Shown piece by piece: positions 41,360-49,778 of a stretch of DNA of 64,000 nt. The notes below the pieces were generated by a model, which had not been told where the DNA came from, did not search any database, and worked only from the letters and a program-made list of their open reading frames with translations. Position 1 is the first letter of the stretch; the number at the start of each line of letters is the position of its first letter. The translations under genes and the position numbers were made by a program. The stretch lies in NCBI GenBank assembly GCA_964519145.1, contig CAZFHL010000001.1, forward strand, positions 682 to 64,681, given 5' to 3'. Origin of the DNA: an uncultured Candidatus Saccharibacteria bacterium (lineage in GTDB: Bacteria; Patescibacteriota; Minisyncoccia; Phycocordibacterales; WO2-35-19).

Positions 41360-42622
41360 ATGTATAAAAAATTTGGAAATGGGCATAAACCCAGAAATAA
41401 TTTTGATGGAAATAAAAATCATACTCAAAAAGTAGGTTCTTTTTCTCGTTTCGGTGGAGGTGGAAATAGGTTTAGAGGCAATATAAGAGGTAATGCAAGA
41501 AAAAATAATGGAGAAAAAATACATTTTTCAAAATTTATAAATAAAGCAGTTGATCTGGAAGTGGAAGAAAAATTTGTACCAGTTCATACTTTTGCTGATT
41601 TTAATATAGACAATAATTTAAAAAACTCAATTTTATCTAAAGGATACAAAAATCCTACACCGATACAAGATAAAGCTATAAACGAAGTTTTGGCAGGTAG
41701 AGATGTTTTGGGTATTGCAAATACAGGAACTGGTAAAACAGGAGCATTTTTGATACCTCTTATTGATAAGGTTTTGAAAAATAATAAAGAAAAAATATTG
41801 ATAATGGTTCCAACTAGAGAATTGGCTATTCAAGTAAATGATGAGTTAAAAGCTTTTACAAAAAATATGCAAATATTTTCTGTTTGTACTGTAGGAGGAA
41901 TGAGTATTCATAAGCAAATATCTGATTTAAAATACAGACACAATTTTGTTATTGGTACTCCTGGGAGATTAAAAGATTTGGTTGAAAGGAAAAAAGTTTT
42001 TCTTTCAGAATTCAATACCGTTGTGCTTGATGAAGCAGATAGAATGCTTGATATGGGCTTTATAAATGATATGCGTACGGTTATGGGCGGTATGCCAAAG
42101 ATAAAGCAAACACTATTCTTTTCAGCTACACTTTCTCCTGCTATAGAAAAATTGATAGGCGAGTTTTTAAACAATCCTGTCAAAATATCTGTAAAAACAA
42201 GAGATACATCAAAAAATGTTGATCAAGATGTGGTAAGGATAAAGCAAGGAGAAAATAAAGTAGATGTTTTATGCAGTATTTTACTGCAAAAAGAGCTAAA
42301 CAAAGTTTTGGTTTTTGGTAGGACAAAACATGGCGTAGAAAAAGTTTTCAAAATTTTAATTCAAAAAGGTTTGAAAGCAGAATCTATACACGGAAACAAA
42401 AATCATACACAAAGACAAAGAGCATTAATAAGGTTTAAACAAAATCAAATTCAAATACTTGTGGCTACAGATGTAGCTGCGAGAGGTCTTGACATTGATG
42501 ATGTGAGTCATGTTATCAATTTTGATATACCAGAAACTTATGCAGATTATGTCCATAGAATTGGTAGAACAGGCAGAGCAGGAAAAACAGGCAAAGCTCT
42601 AACTTTCATAGAGGAGAGGTAA
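41360..42622 (+). CDS. DEAD-box RNA helicase
   Basis: TPIQ, TGTGKT, PTRELA, DEAD, SAT, HRIGRTGRAG. Confidence 0.97.
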   Translation: MYKKFGNGHKPRNNFDGNKNHTQKVGSFSRFGGGGNRFRGNIRGNARKNNGEKIHFSKFINKAVDLEVEEKFVPVHTFADFNIDNNLKNSILSKGYKNPTPIQDKAINEVLAGRDVLGIANTGTGKTGAFLIPLIDKVLKNNKEKILIMVPTRELAIQVNDELKAFTKNMQIFSVCTVGGMSIHKQISDLKYRHNFVIGTPGRLKDLVERKKVFLSEFNTVVLDEADRMLDMGFINDMRTVMGGMPKIKQTLFFSATLSPAIEKLIGEFLNNPVKISVKTRDTSKNVDQDVVRIKQGENKVDVLCSILLQKELNKVLVFGRTKHGVEKVFKILIQKGLKAESIHGNKNHTQRQRALIRFKQNQIQILVATDVAARGLDIDDVSHVINFDIPETYADYVHRIGRTGRAGKTGKALTFIEER

Positions 42623-42638
42623 TATTATATTATATCTC

Positions 42639-42763
42639 TTTCAAAACTCGTCGAAATCATACCTTTTTGAAGCCTAGCGAGCATAACTCTCGCGAGCTCG
42701 AGGAATTTTTTAGCAAAAAAATATCCGTGGTTCAAAAAGGTGTGATGAGAAAGAGTTTTGAAA
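42639..42763 (+). repeat. Dispersed structured repeat, copy E4
   Basis: TTTCAAAACTC/GAGTTTTGAAA arms with the conserved core. Confidence 0.88.
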
Positions 42764-42829
42764 TTTTAAGATGAGAAACACTCTTAGATTTAAATTGCTT
42801 TTAGGTTTTGTATTTATTATTATTGGTAT

Positions 42830-44605
42830 ATGCAAGACTCAAAAAATAATATAGGAGTATTTAGTGTATTTAAAGTTTTTTGGAAATCCATTAAACCTCA
42901 AAAATTTAGTTTCTTTTTCAATATTTTTGCTTTTTCCTTTGTTTCAATCATTGGACTTATGAATCCAATTTATTATAAAAAGTTTTTTGATTTATTAGGA
43001 GATGATATAAATAAAAATCAAACCAATCTTTTGATAGATGTCTTGTTAGTAATTTTATTTATAAATTTAATATCTTGGATTATTAGAAGAGTGGCAAATT
43101 TATCTATAAATGATTTTGAATCAAAGACAATCGCCAGAATCAAACAAAATTCTTTTGATTATATGATAAGTCATTCACATTCTTTTTTCGTAGACAATTT
43201 TGCAGGTTCTCTTGTCCAAAAAGTCGGAAGATTTGCAAAGTCTTTCGAAAAATTATACGACACAATCACCTTTAGCGTACTACCATTATTAATTAGTGTC
43301 GGGGTCTCTATTTATGTAGTTTACAGGGAAGAGCCTTTCATAGCTTATATAATAGCTATATGGTCTATTTTTGTGATGACATTTAGCTATTTATTTTCTA
43401 TATGGAAATTGAAATATGATTTAGCTGTTGCAGAATCCGATTCTAAAACCACGGGTGTGCTTTCAGATATTATAACCAATCATAACAATGTTGATTTGTT
43501 TGGTAATAAAGATTTTGAATCAAAAAAATTTAAAGAAGTTTTAAATGAACAAGCAAAAGTCACTAAATTCAATTGGAACATAATGAGTATTTTTGACGGT
43601 GTTCAAGGATTTATGATTGTATTGATAGAATTTTTTGTATTTTTTTATGCTGTTAAATTTTGGAAAGACAATATGATTACTTTAGGAACTTTCGTCTTGA
43701 TTCAGGTTTATGTGGTTGGATTAAGTCATAGGTTATGGGATATAGGACATATTGTTAGAAATATTTATGAGAGTTTTGCAGATTCTAAAGAAATGGTAAA
43801 TATACTTAGTACACCACATAATATAAAAGATAAAATAAATGCTAAAGATATTTCAATCAAAAATGGCTTTATTAATTTTGAAAAAGTTTCTTTTGGTTTT
43901 AATAAAGAAAATTTAATAATAGATGATTTTAATTTGAATATAGAAGCAAGACAAAAAATTGCTTTGATAGGCCCTTCTGGAGCAGGCAAATCCACAATAA
44001 TAAAACTCATTATTCGATTATACGATTCATTGTCCGGGGATATATTTATAGATAATCAAAATATAGAAGAAGTGAGTCAGGTTAGTTTAAGAAAAAATAT
44101 AAGTTTAGTTCCGCAAGACCCTATTTTATTTCACAGAAGTTTATTTGAAAATATAAAATATGGAAGAATTGATGCTACAGATGAAGAAGTTTTTGAAGCC
44201 TCTCGGCTTGCACATTGTGATGAATTTATTTTAAATTTGAAAGACAAATATGACACAATGGTGGGTGAAAGAGGGGTGAAATTGTCTGGAGGAGAGAGAC
44301 AAAGAATTGCAATTGCAAGAGCTATATTAAAAAATGCACCTATACTTATTTTAGATGAAGCTACTTCAAGTTTAGATTCTCATTCTGAAAGTTTGATCCA
44401 AGATGCTTTAAATAAATTGATGGAAAATAAGACGGTTATAGTTATAGCGCATAGACTTTCAACAATAATAAAAATGGATAGGATTTTGGTTTTAAAGAAA
44501 GGTAAAATAATAGAAGATGGAGATCATAAAAGTTTGCTTGAAAAACCAAGAGGTTTATATAAAAAATTGTGGAATTTACAAGCCGGGGGTTTTTTGAAGG
44601 TTTGA
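42830..44605 (+). CDS. ABC exporter, fused TMD-NBD
   Basis: GPSGAGKST, LSGGERQR, ILDEATS, IAHRLST. Confidence 0.95.
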   Translation: MQDSKNNIGVFSVFKVFWKSIKPQKFSFFFNIFAFSFVSIIGLMNPIYYKKFFDLLGDDINKNQTNLLIDVLLVILFINLISWIIRRVANLSINDFESKTIARIKQNSFDYMISHSHSFFVDNFAGSLVQKVGRFAKSFEKLYDTITFSVLPLLISVGVSIYVVYREEPFIAYIIAIWSIFVMTFSYLFSIWKLKYDLAVAESDSKTTGVLSDIITNHNNVDLFGNKDFESKKFKEVLNEQAKVTKFNWNIMSIFDGVQGFMIVLIEFFVFFYAVKFWKDNMITLGTFVLIQVYVVGLSHRLWDIGHIVRNIYESFADSKEMVNILSTPHNIKDKINAKDISIKNGFINFEKVSFGFNKENLIIDDFNLNIEARQKIALIGPSGAGKSTIIKLIIRLYDSLSGDIFIDNQNIEEVSQVSLRKNISLVPQDPILFHRSLFENIKYGRIDATDEEVFEASRLAHCDEFILNLKDKYDTMVGERGVKLSGGERQRIAIARAILKNAPILILDEATSSLDSHSESLIQDALNKLMENKTVIVIAHRLSTIIKMDRILVLKKGKIIEDGDHKSLLEKPRGLYKKLWNLQAGGFLKV

Positions 44606-44617
44606 TAGCTGTTTAAA

Positions 44618-44743
44618 TTTCAAAACTCTTTCTCATCATACCTTTTTGAACCACGGATATTTTTTTGCTAAAAAATTCCTGCGAAGCTGCGCCAGTCGCG
44701 CTCGCTAGGCTTCAAAAAGGTATGATTTCGAGGAGTTTTGAAA
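44618..44743 (-). repeat. Dispersed structured repeat, copy E5 (inverted relative to E4)
   Basis: Reverse complement matches E4 except in the variable hairpin. Confidence 0.88.
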
Positions 44744-44797
44744 AGAGCTAATTGACTCTATTTGAAAAAAGTATGGTTTTGATGTATTTTTTATATT

Positions 44798-45679
44798 ATG
44801 AAAAATTTAAATAAAAAGGAGGTAAATTATAAGGTTATATTATTTTATAAATTTGCATATATAAAAAGCCCAATCAAATTGATGAATGAGCAAAAGGTGT
44901 TGTGCCAAAAACTTGGTTTAAAGGGTAGGATGCTCATAGCAACAGAGGGTATAAATGGCACATTTGAGGGTACTATAAAATCTATAAATAAATATAAAAA
45001 AGCTATGCATCAGAGTAAGCTTTTTTCTGATATTTTATTTAAAGAAAGTAAAGGGAATGGTAGAGCCTTTACTAAACTAAAAATTAAAGTAAGGGACGAG
45101 GTGGTTACTCTCGAAGGAGGCAAATTTAATGTAAAAAGAGAAACAGCTAAAACTATCACAGCAAGTGAATTAGAGAAGATGTATAGAAAGAATGAAGATT
45201 TTGTTGTTCTTGATTTAAGGAATAATTATGAAATCGATGTTGGTTATTTTGATAAAACATATAATCCAAATTTAGATAATTTTAGAGATTTGCCAGATAA
45301 GTTGAAAGATTTGAATGAGTTAAAAAATAAAAAAGTTGTTTCTGTTTGCACAGGCGGTATTCGTTGTGAAAAAGCTACTTGTCTTTTAAAAAAGAGTGGT
45401 TTTAAAAATTTATATCAATTAAAAGACGGTATTCATACATATATGGTCAAGTACCCAAATTCGCACTTTAAAGGTTCTCTTTTTGTATTTGATAATAGGA
45501 TGGTTACGACAGTGGTTGATTTGCCAAAAAGAGAAATAGTTGGAAGGTGTGTCTATTGTAATAAAAAAACAGAGCAATTTTATAACAATGATACTGTAAG
45601 TCCTTCAAAAAAGGTTATTTGTTGTCATCCTTGCGCAAAAAAACATTCAAATGAATTGAGAAAGTGTTTATCGGTTTAA
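44798..45679 (+). CDS. trhO: Rhodanese-domain tRNA hydroxylase (UPF0176/YceA)
   Basis: EGINGT, DLRNNYE, CTGGIRCEK, GGI-like LKDGI, FVFDNR. Confidence 0.88.
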   Translation: MKNLNKKEVNYKVILFYKFAYIKSPIKLMNEQKVLCQKLGLKGRMLIATEGINGTFEGTIKSINKYKKAMHQSKLFSDILFKESKGNGRAFTKLKIKVRDEVVTLEGGKFNVKRETAKTITASELEKMYRKNEDFVVLDLRNNYEIDVGYFDKTYNPNLDNFRDLPDKLKDLNELKNKKVVSVCTGGIRCEKATCLLKKSGFKNLYQLKDGIHTYMVKYPNSHFKGSLFVFDNRMVTTVVDLPKREIVGRCVYCNKKTEQFYNNDTVSPSKKVICCHPCAKKHSNELRKCLSV

Positions 45680-45691
45680 TATTGGAATTCT

Positions 45692-45814
45692 GCAAACCGT
45701 CTTTCTGGTATTAGTATTTCTGTGCACGGATATTTTTCTGGTGAAAAATTCCTCGTGCTCGCTCCGTCGAGACTCGCAAGGCACAGAAATACTAATACCA
45801 GAAAGACGGTTTGT
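45692..45814 (-). repeat. Dispersed structured repeat, copy E6
   Basis: 33-bp perfect inverted arms around the conserved core. Confidence 0.88.
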
Positions 45815-45901
45815 AATAAATCTGATATAAAAAATTAGTCTATATTTGTTGATTTTTTTAAATCATTTTTGTATGATGCTATAAGAATTGAAAGGAGTTT
45901 T

Positions 45902-46777
45902 ATGCTTGTAAAGCCAAAAAATCCCTATAGAGAAGTTTGGAATAAAGATGAATTGTCATCTTTGCTCGGGTCTGTTCGTAGGAGAGTTTTGCCAAAAGAT
46001 ATTAGTATTGAAGGTAGAACTTCTGGTGCTATAATCCATAAAATTGCTGAATTGCGAAATGAAGGTGTGATAAAAGTAAAATTCGTAAGAGTCTGGACAA
46101 AAGAAGAAGATGAATCTCTTATTGCTCAAGTTGAAGCTGGTAAAAATTTGGATCAAATCAAAATAAAAGGTAGAGAATCTTCTGCAATATATGCAAGAAT
46201 AAAAAGATTGAAAAAGGATAATCCAAATATTTCTTTAAAACGAAGGTTAAGTGGTGTTCAAATTCAAGCAAGAAACAGAAGAGAAGAGATTAAAAAAAGA
46301 TCATTAGAAAAGGCAAGATTTATGAAAAGACTAAAATCTTTTTTGAAATGTAAGGGTAAATATTGGCCAGCCACTCTTGTTTCCAGGAAACTTCATTGTA
46401 ATGAAGATAGAGTCTCTCGTTTACGGAAAACATTAGGTTTGAAGATTGTTCATCAAGAGGCCATGAAGAAGAGCAAAGTTTATAGGGATCATTATCAATC
46501 TATTTTGGCTAAAAAAAGATCTTTAAAAGAGAAAAGAGAAATGGATGCTAGATTGGCTTTAGCAGAAGAAGAGAGAAAAAAGCAAAAAATTCAAAAAGAA
46601 AAATCAGATGATTTGGAGAGAGTTTTTAGGAATTTCACTAGTCAGAGGTGTACCTATTCACTTAAAAAGTGTTCTAGGTGCTCTAAGTATTGGTATAATT
46701 GCGTTAATTTTTTTGCTGTAAAGACGGATCCTGTTTATGGCAAACAATTGACTGATGTTTGCAGGGCATGCATTTAA
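45902..46777 (+). CDS. Basic hypothetical protein with Myb/SANT-like repeats and a C-terminal Zn finger
   Basis: GAAAGGAG RBS before ATG 45902; WNKDE..L and WTKEED..L..GR...AI repeats; CSRC...CRAC. Confidence 0.6.
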   Translation: MLVKPKNPYREVWNKDELSSLLGSVRRRVLPKDISIEGRTSGAIIHKIAELRNEGVIKVKFVRVWTKEEDESLIAQVEAGKNLDQIKIKGRESSAIYARIKRLKKDNPNISLKRRLSGVQIQARNRREEIKKRSLEKARFMKRLKSFLKCKGKYWPATLVSRKLHCNEDRVSRLRKTLGLKIVHQEAMKKSKVYRDHYQSILAKKRSLKEKREMDARLALAEEERKKQKIQKEKSDDLERVFRNFTSQRCTYSLKKCSRCSKYWYNCVNFFAVKTDPVYGKQLTDVCRACI

Positions 46778-47140
46778 GATTTTTAAAATAAATAAATATT
46801 AAGATTTTTTAAAAAAGACCAATTAAACAATTGGTCTTTTAAAATATTAGGCTTTATGTTTGAAGATTTTTGAAAGAACCTTATTTAAATTTAATTAATT
46901 ACTAATACATTAATTTTAACTGCCATATTTCAAAGGTGAACGGGTGTTTTCGGAATCACGGACAAAAACTTGACTTTTTAGACTATCGTATGTTATAATA
47001 TATAGTAGAAATTGGAAATAGTTTTTCAGGTGGTCATAGTTAAAAGTTACTTACAAATCAAAGAGTGATTCAAAGAAATTAAGTATTTTTTAGTTATGAC
47101 CACTACCAGAGGTGGAGGTCAAACAGAAAGGAGGCTGACG

Positions 47141-47770
47141 ATGAATGACATCCTCAGCCAAGCTCTCGAGGGGTTCATCGGACCCCTTAGACAGCTCATG
47201 ATTAACCTGCTCGGCCCAAACGGGCCAGAGTGGGGAGAGGAACTGAAGAAGTTTCTCCGAAAGGAGCCGACATGGTCGGCTCCGAAAATCCTCCAATTTG
47301 TGTCAGAGGTGGTGGTCCCCGCCACCTCGCAGTTCGTTCGGAGGGAGAAGTTCGTCGTCGCCACCTCGGCCTCGGCCGAGGTGAAGATCAGCTGGATTGG
47401 AGGAAATTTCTCCAGCTGGTTCCTTGCCGGTGACGGCAAGGTCGAGGAGGTAGGTGGGGAGACCACCCTCCTCGCCCATCGGTTGACCGAGAGGTCAACC
47501 GATGGGCCGATCATCGCCGAGCTGGGTGGCGAGAAGGTGGCGGAGACCACCCTCGTCGAGATGTTCGCCCTGCTGAAAAAGCAGGGTCGGGGTCAGGAGG
47601 GTACCCTCCTGACCAACAGGTACGCGAATGTCTTCTACATTCGCGACCGTGCGAATGTTCTTCGCACAGTTGACTGCTACTGGCACGGCGTTGGCTGGGG
47701 TGTGGGTGCCTACGAGGTTTCCCGTCCGTACCCGTGGGGTGTGGGCTATCAGATCTTTTCCCGTAGGTAA
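47141..47770 (+). CDS. DGR target protein with C-terminal variable region
   Basis: AAGGAGG RBS before ATG 47141; LLTN.YAN.FYIRD motif followed by the VR; about 60% GC. Confidence 0.92.
   Translation: MNDILSQALEGFIGPLRQLMINLLGPNGPEWGEELKKFLRKEPTWSAPKILQFVSEVVVPATSQFVRREKFVVATSASAEVKISWIGGNFSSWFLAGDGKVEEVGGETTLLAHRLTERSTDGPIIAELGGEKVAETTLVEMFALLKKQGRGQEGTLLTNRYANVFYIRDRANVLRTVDCYWHGVGWGVGAYEVSRPYPWGVGYQIFSRR
47661..47763 (+). repeat. DGR variable repeat (VR)
   Basis: 103-bp match to 48116-48218 with 14 mismatches, 13 at TR adenines. Confidence 0.96.
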
Positions 47771-47786
47771 TTTGAGTCTTAGGTTC

Positions 47787-47852
47787 TGACCCTTTGACTC
47801 TTTGACCCCTTGATACTTTGCATTCGTGCACGGTCTCAGGGGGTCTTTTTTT
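47787..47852 (+). terminator. Post-VR tandem 8-mers and hairpin (terminator and/or homing structure)
   Basis: TGACCCTT TGACTCTT TGACCCCT TGATACTT; GACCCCTTGA...TCAGGGGGTC followed by T7. Confidence 0.6.
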
Positions 47853-48115
47853 ATACTCCAAAAACACATATAATTATTTTGAAATTATGTGTTACAGAAA
47901 AGTTAAAATTTTAGTTTTTCTGTCATGGTTTTAAAATATTTATAATGAGAGTTGTGTTGGATAAATCTTATACAAGAGTGTTATAAATATTTTTCAAAAA
48001 AATTAAAAGTTGGTATATGAAACTAATGGACTTTTATGTCTAGGGTAAGATTCAATCTCTTATGATTTAAGGGGTGGTGGAATGGGTGGTTTTATATACG
48101 AAAAGGTTTGTTTTA

Positions 48116-48218
48116 TTCGCACAGTTAACTGCAACTGGAACGGCGATGGCTGGAATGTGAATGCCAACGAGGTTTCCCTTCCGAACCCGTGGAATGTGGG
48201 CAATCAGATCTTTTCCCG
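48116..48218 (+). ncRNA. DGR template repeat (TR)
   Basis: Nine AAC/AAT codons in the VR frame; retains A where the VR differs. Confidence 0.96.
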
Positions 48219-48224
48219 AAACTA

Positions 48225-48633
48225 TTATTTTTCTCCTGTATTTACAGGAGTTTTTTGTTTTAGATTTTCTTGAAGACCTTTTCTCCATCCACCTAACATT
48301 TTACCTATTTCATCTAAATCAAGGGAAACTTTTATATATTTTTCATTTGGTACAAGTTTGCTTTCCCATGCAAGTTGCATAAAGAATTTTAGATTATCTA
48401 GTTTTGATATTGTTTTAGATAAAAATAATATTTTTTGTTCAGATACTAGATAAACAGAAGCAAAAGTTAATTCTAAAACATCTAAGAAAGATTGTTCTAT
48501 TCTGTTTCCAATACCAAATCTTTCTATCTTTGGAAAATCTCTATGAATAATCATCCAGTTTTTGTAAACTTCTTTTTCTTTTGATAAAACTTTTGGTAAA
48601 GAGTTTGTCGGGGGGGGGTAAACTATTTGTCAT
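48225..48633 (-). CDS. avd: Avd-like four-helix-bundle accessory protein, frameshifted at a C9 tract (annotated ORF 48225-48554)
   Basis: FPKIERFGIGNRIE...LDEIGKMLGGW; the upstream ATG 48633 is in frame only with C8 or C11. Confidence 0.85.
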
Positions 48634-48674
48634 ATTTTATGTTCTAATTTTAAGTTATATTGTATCATATTTTT

Positions 48675-49655
48675 ATGGAACCTATATTTGAAAATATTAT
48701 CTCTGTTGAAAATTTACTGTCTGCATGGAAAGAGTTTGTCTGTGGTAAAAGAATAAGAAAAGATGTTTTAGTTTTTGAACTTAATCTGATGGATAATATT
48801 TTGGATTTACATAGTGATTTGAAAAACAAAATATACAAACATAGTGGTTATGAAGCTTTCAAGATAAATGACCCAAAACCAAGAGATATACATAAAGCAA
48901 CTGTAAGGGATAGACTGCTTCATCATTCCATTTACAGAATTTTATATACATACTTTGATAAAAAATTTATAGATGATTCATATTCTTGTAGAATAAACAA
49001 AGGAACTCATAGAGCAATAAATAGATTTCAAAAGTTTAGTAGAAAAGTTTCAAAAAACTATACAAAACAAGCTTATGTTTTAAAGTGCGATATTAGAAAG
49101 TTTTTTGCTTCTATAAACCAAAATATTTTAAAAAATATTTTGGATAAACACACTAAAGATAAAGATATTTTATGGCTACTAAATGAAGTAATATCTAGTT
49201 TTCATACAGAAGACAAAGTAAATATTGGGTTACCTTTAGGGAACTTAACTTCACAACTTTTGGTAAATATTTATATGAATGAATTTGATCAGTATGTAAA
49301 ACATAGTTTGAAATGCAAATATTATATACGATATGCTGATGATTTTGTTGTGATGGCAGATGATTTGGTATATTTAAAGATTTTAAAAACAAAATTTGCC
49401 TTGTTTTTAAAATCTAAATTAGATTTAGATCTTCATCCAAAAAAAGTTTTTATAAAAACTGTTACATCTGGTGTTGATTTTTTAGGTTGGATAAATTTTG
49501 CAACTCATAGAGTGTTGAGAACTAGTACTAAAAGAAAAATGTTTAGAAATATTAAATTAAAGACAGAAGATAAAAAAGGAAATGTCGTTGCTTCGTATTT
49601 TGGAATGTTAGGCTGGGGGAATGGATGGAAACTGCAGGAGGAAATAAAAAAATAG
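48675..49655 (+). CDS. DGR-class reverse transcriptase
   Basis: KPRDIHKA..RDR, LKCDIRKFFASI, GLPLGNLTSQ, YIRYADDF, GVDFLGW; likely start ATG 48675. Confidence 0.96.
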   Translation: MEPIFENIISVENLLSAWKEFVCGKRIRKDVLVFELNLMDNILDLHSDLKNKIYKHSGYEAFKINDPKPRDIHKATVRDRLLHHSIYRILYTYFDKKFIDDSYSCRINKGTHRAINRFQKFSRKVSKNYTKQAYVLKCDIRKFFASINQNILKNILDKHTKDKDILWLLNEVISSFHTEDKVNIGLPLGNLTSQLLVNIYMNEFDQYVKHSLKCKYYIRYADDFVVMADDLVYLKILKTKFALFLKSKLDLDLHPKKVFIKTVTSGVDFLGWINFATHRVLRTSTKRKMFRNIKLKTEDKKGNVVASYFGMLGWGNGWKLQEEIKK

Positions 49656-49778
49656 GATTTTGATTATCCACAAATTATCTTGTAGACAGAATTTAAGATT
49701 CAAAAAACTAGCTTTTATTTGTATTTTAATATATAATGTTTTTATCCCTAAAAAGACAGGGATTTTATTTTAAAAAAA

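Larger units (their letters stand above)
47141..49655. mobile_element. Diversity-generating retroelement (target-VR, TR, avd, RT)
   Basis: TR/VR pair with adenine-specific mismatches next to an Avd-like gene and a DGR-type RT. Confidence 0.97.

Noticed and set aside
48082-48273. 63-aa ORF over the TR
   Set aside because: Open frame expected from TR homology to the VR; no RBS, so treated as non-coding template.
48675-49655. Group II intron or retron RT
   Set aside because: No maturase/endonuclease domain, no intron domain V, no retron VTG motif; the TR/VR pair and Avd identify a DGR.
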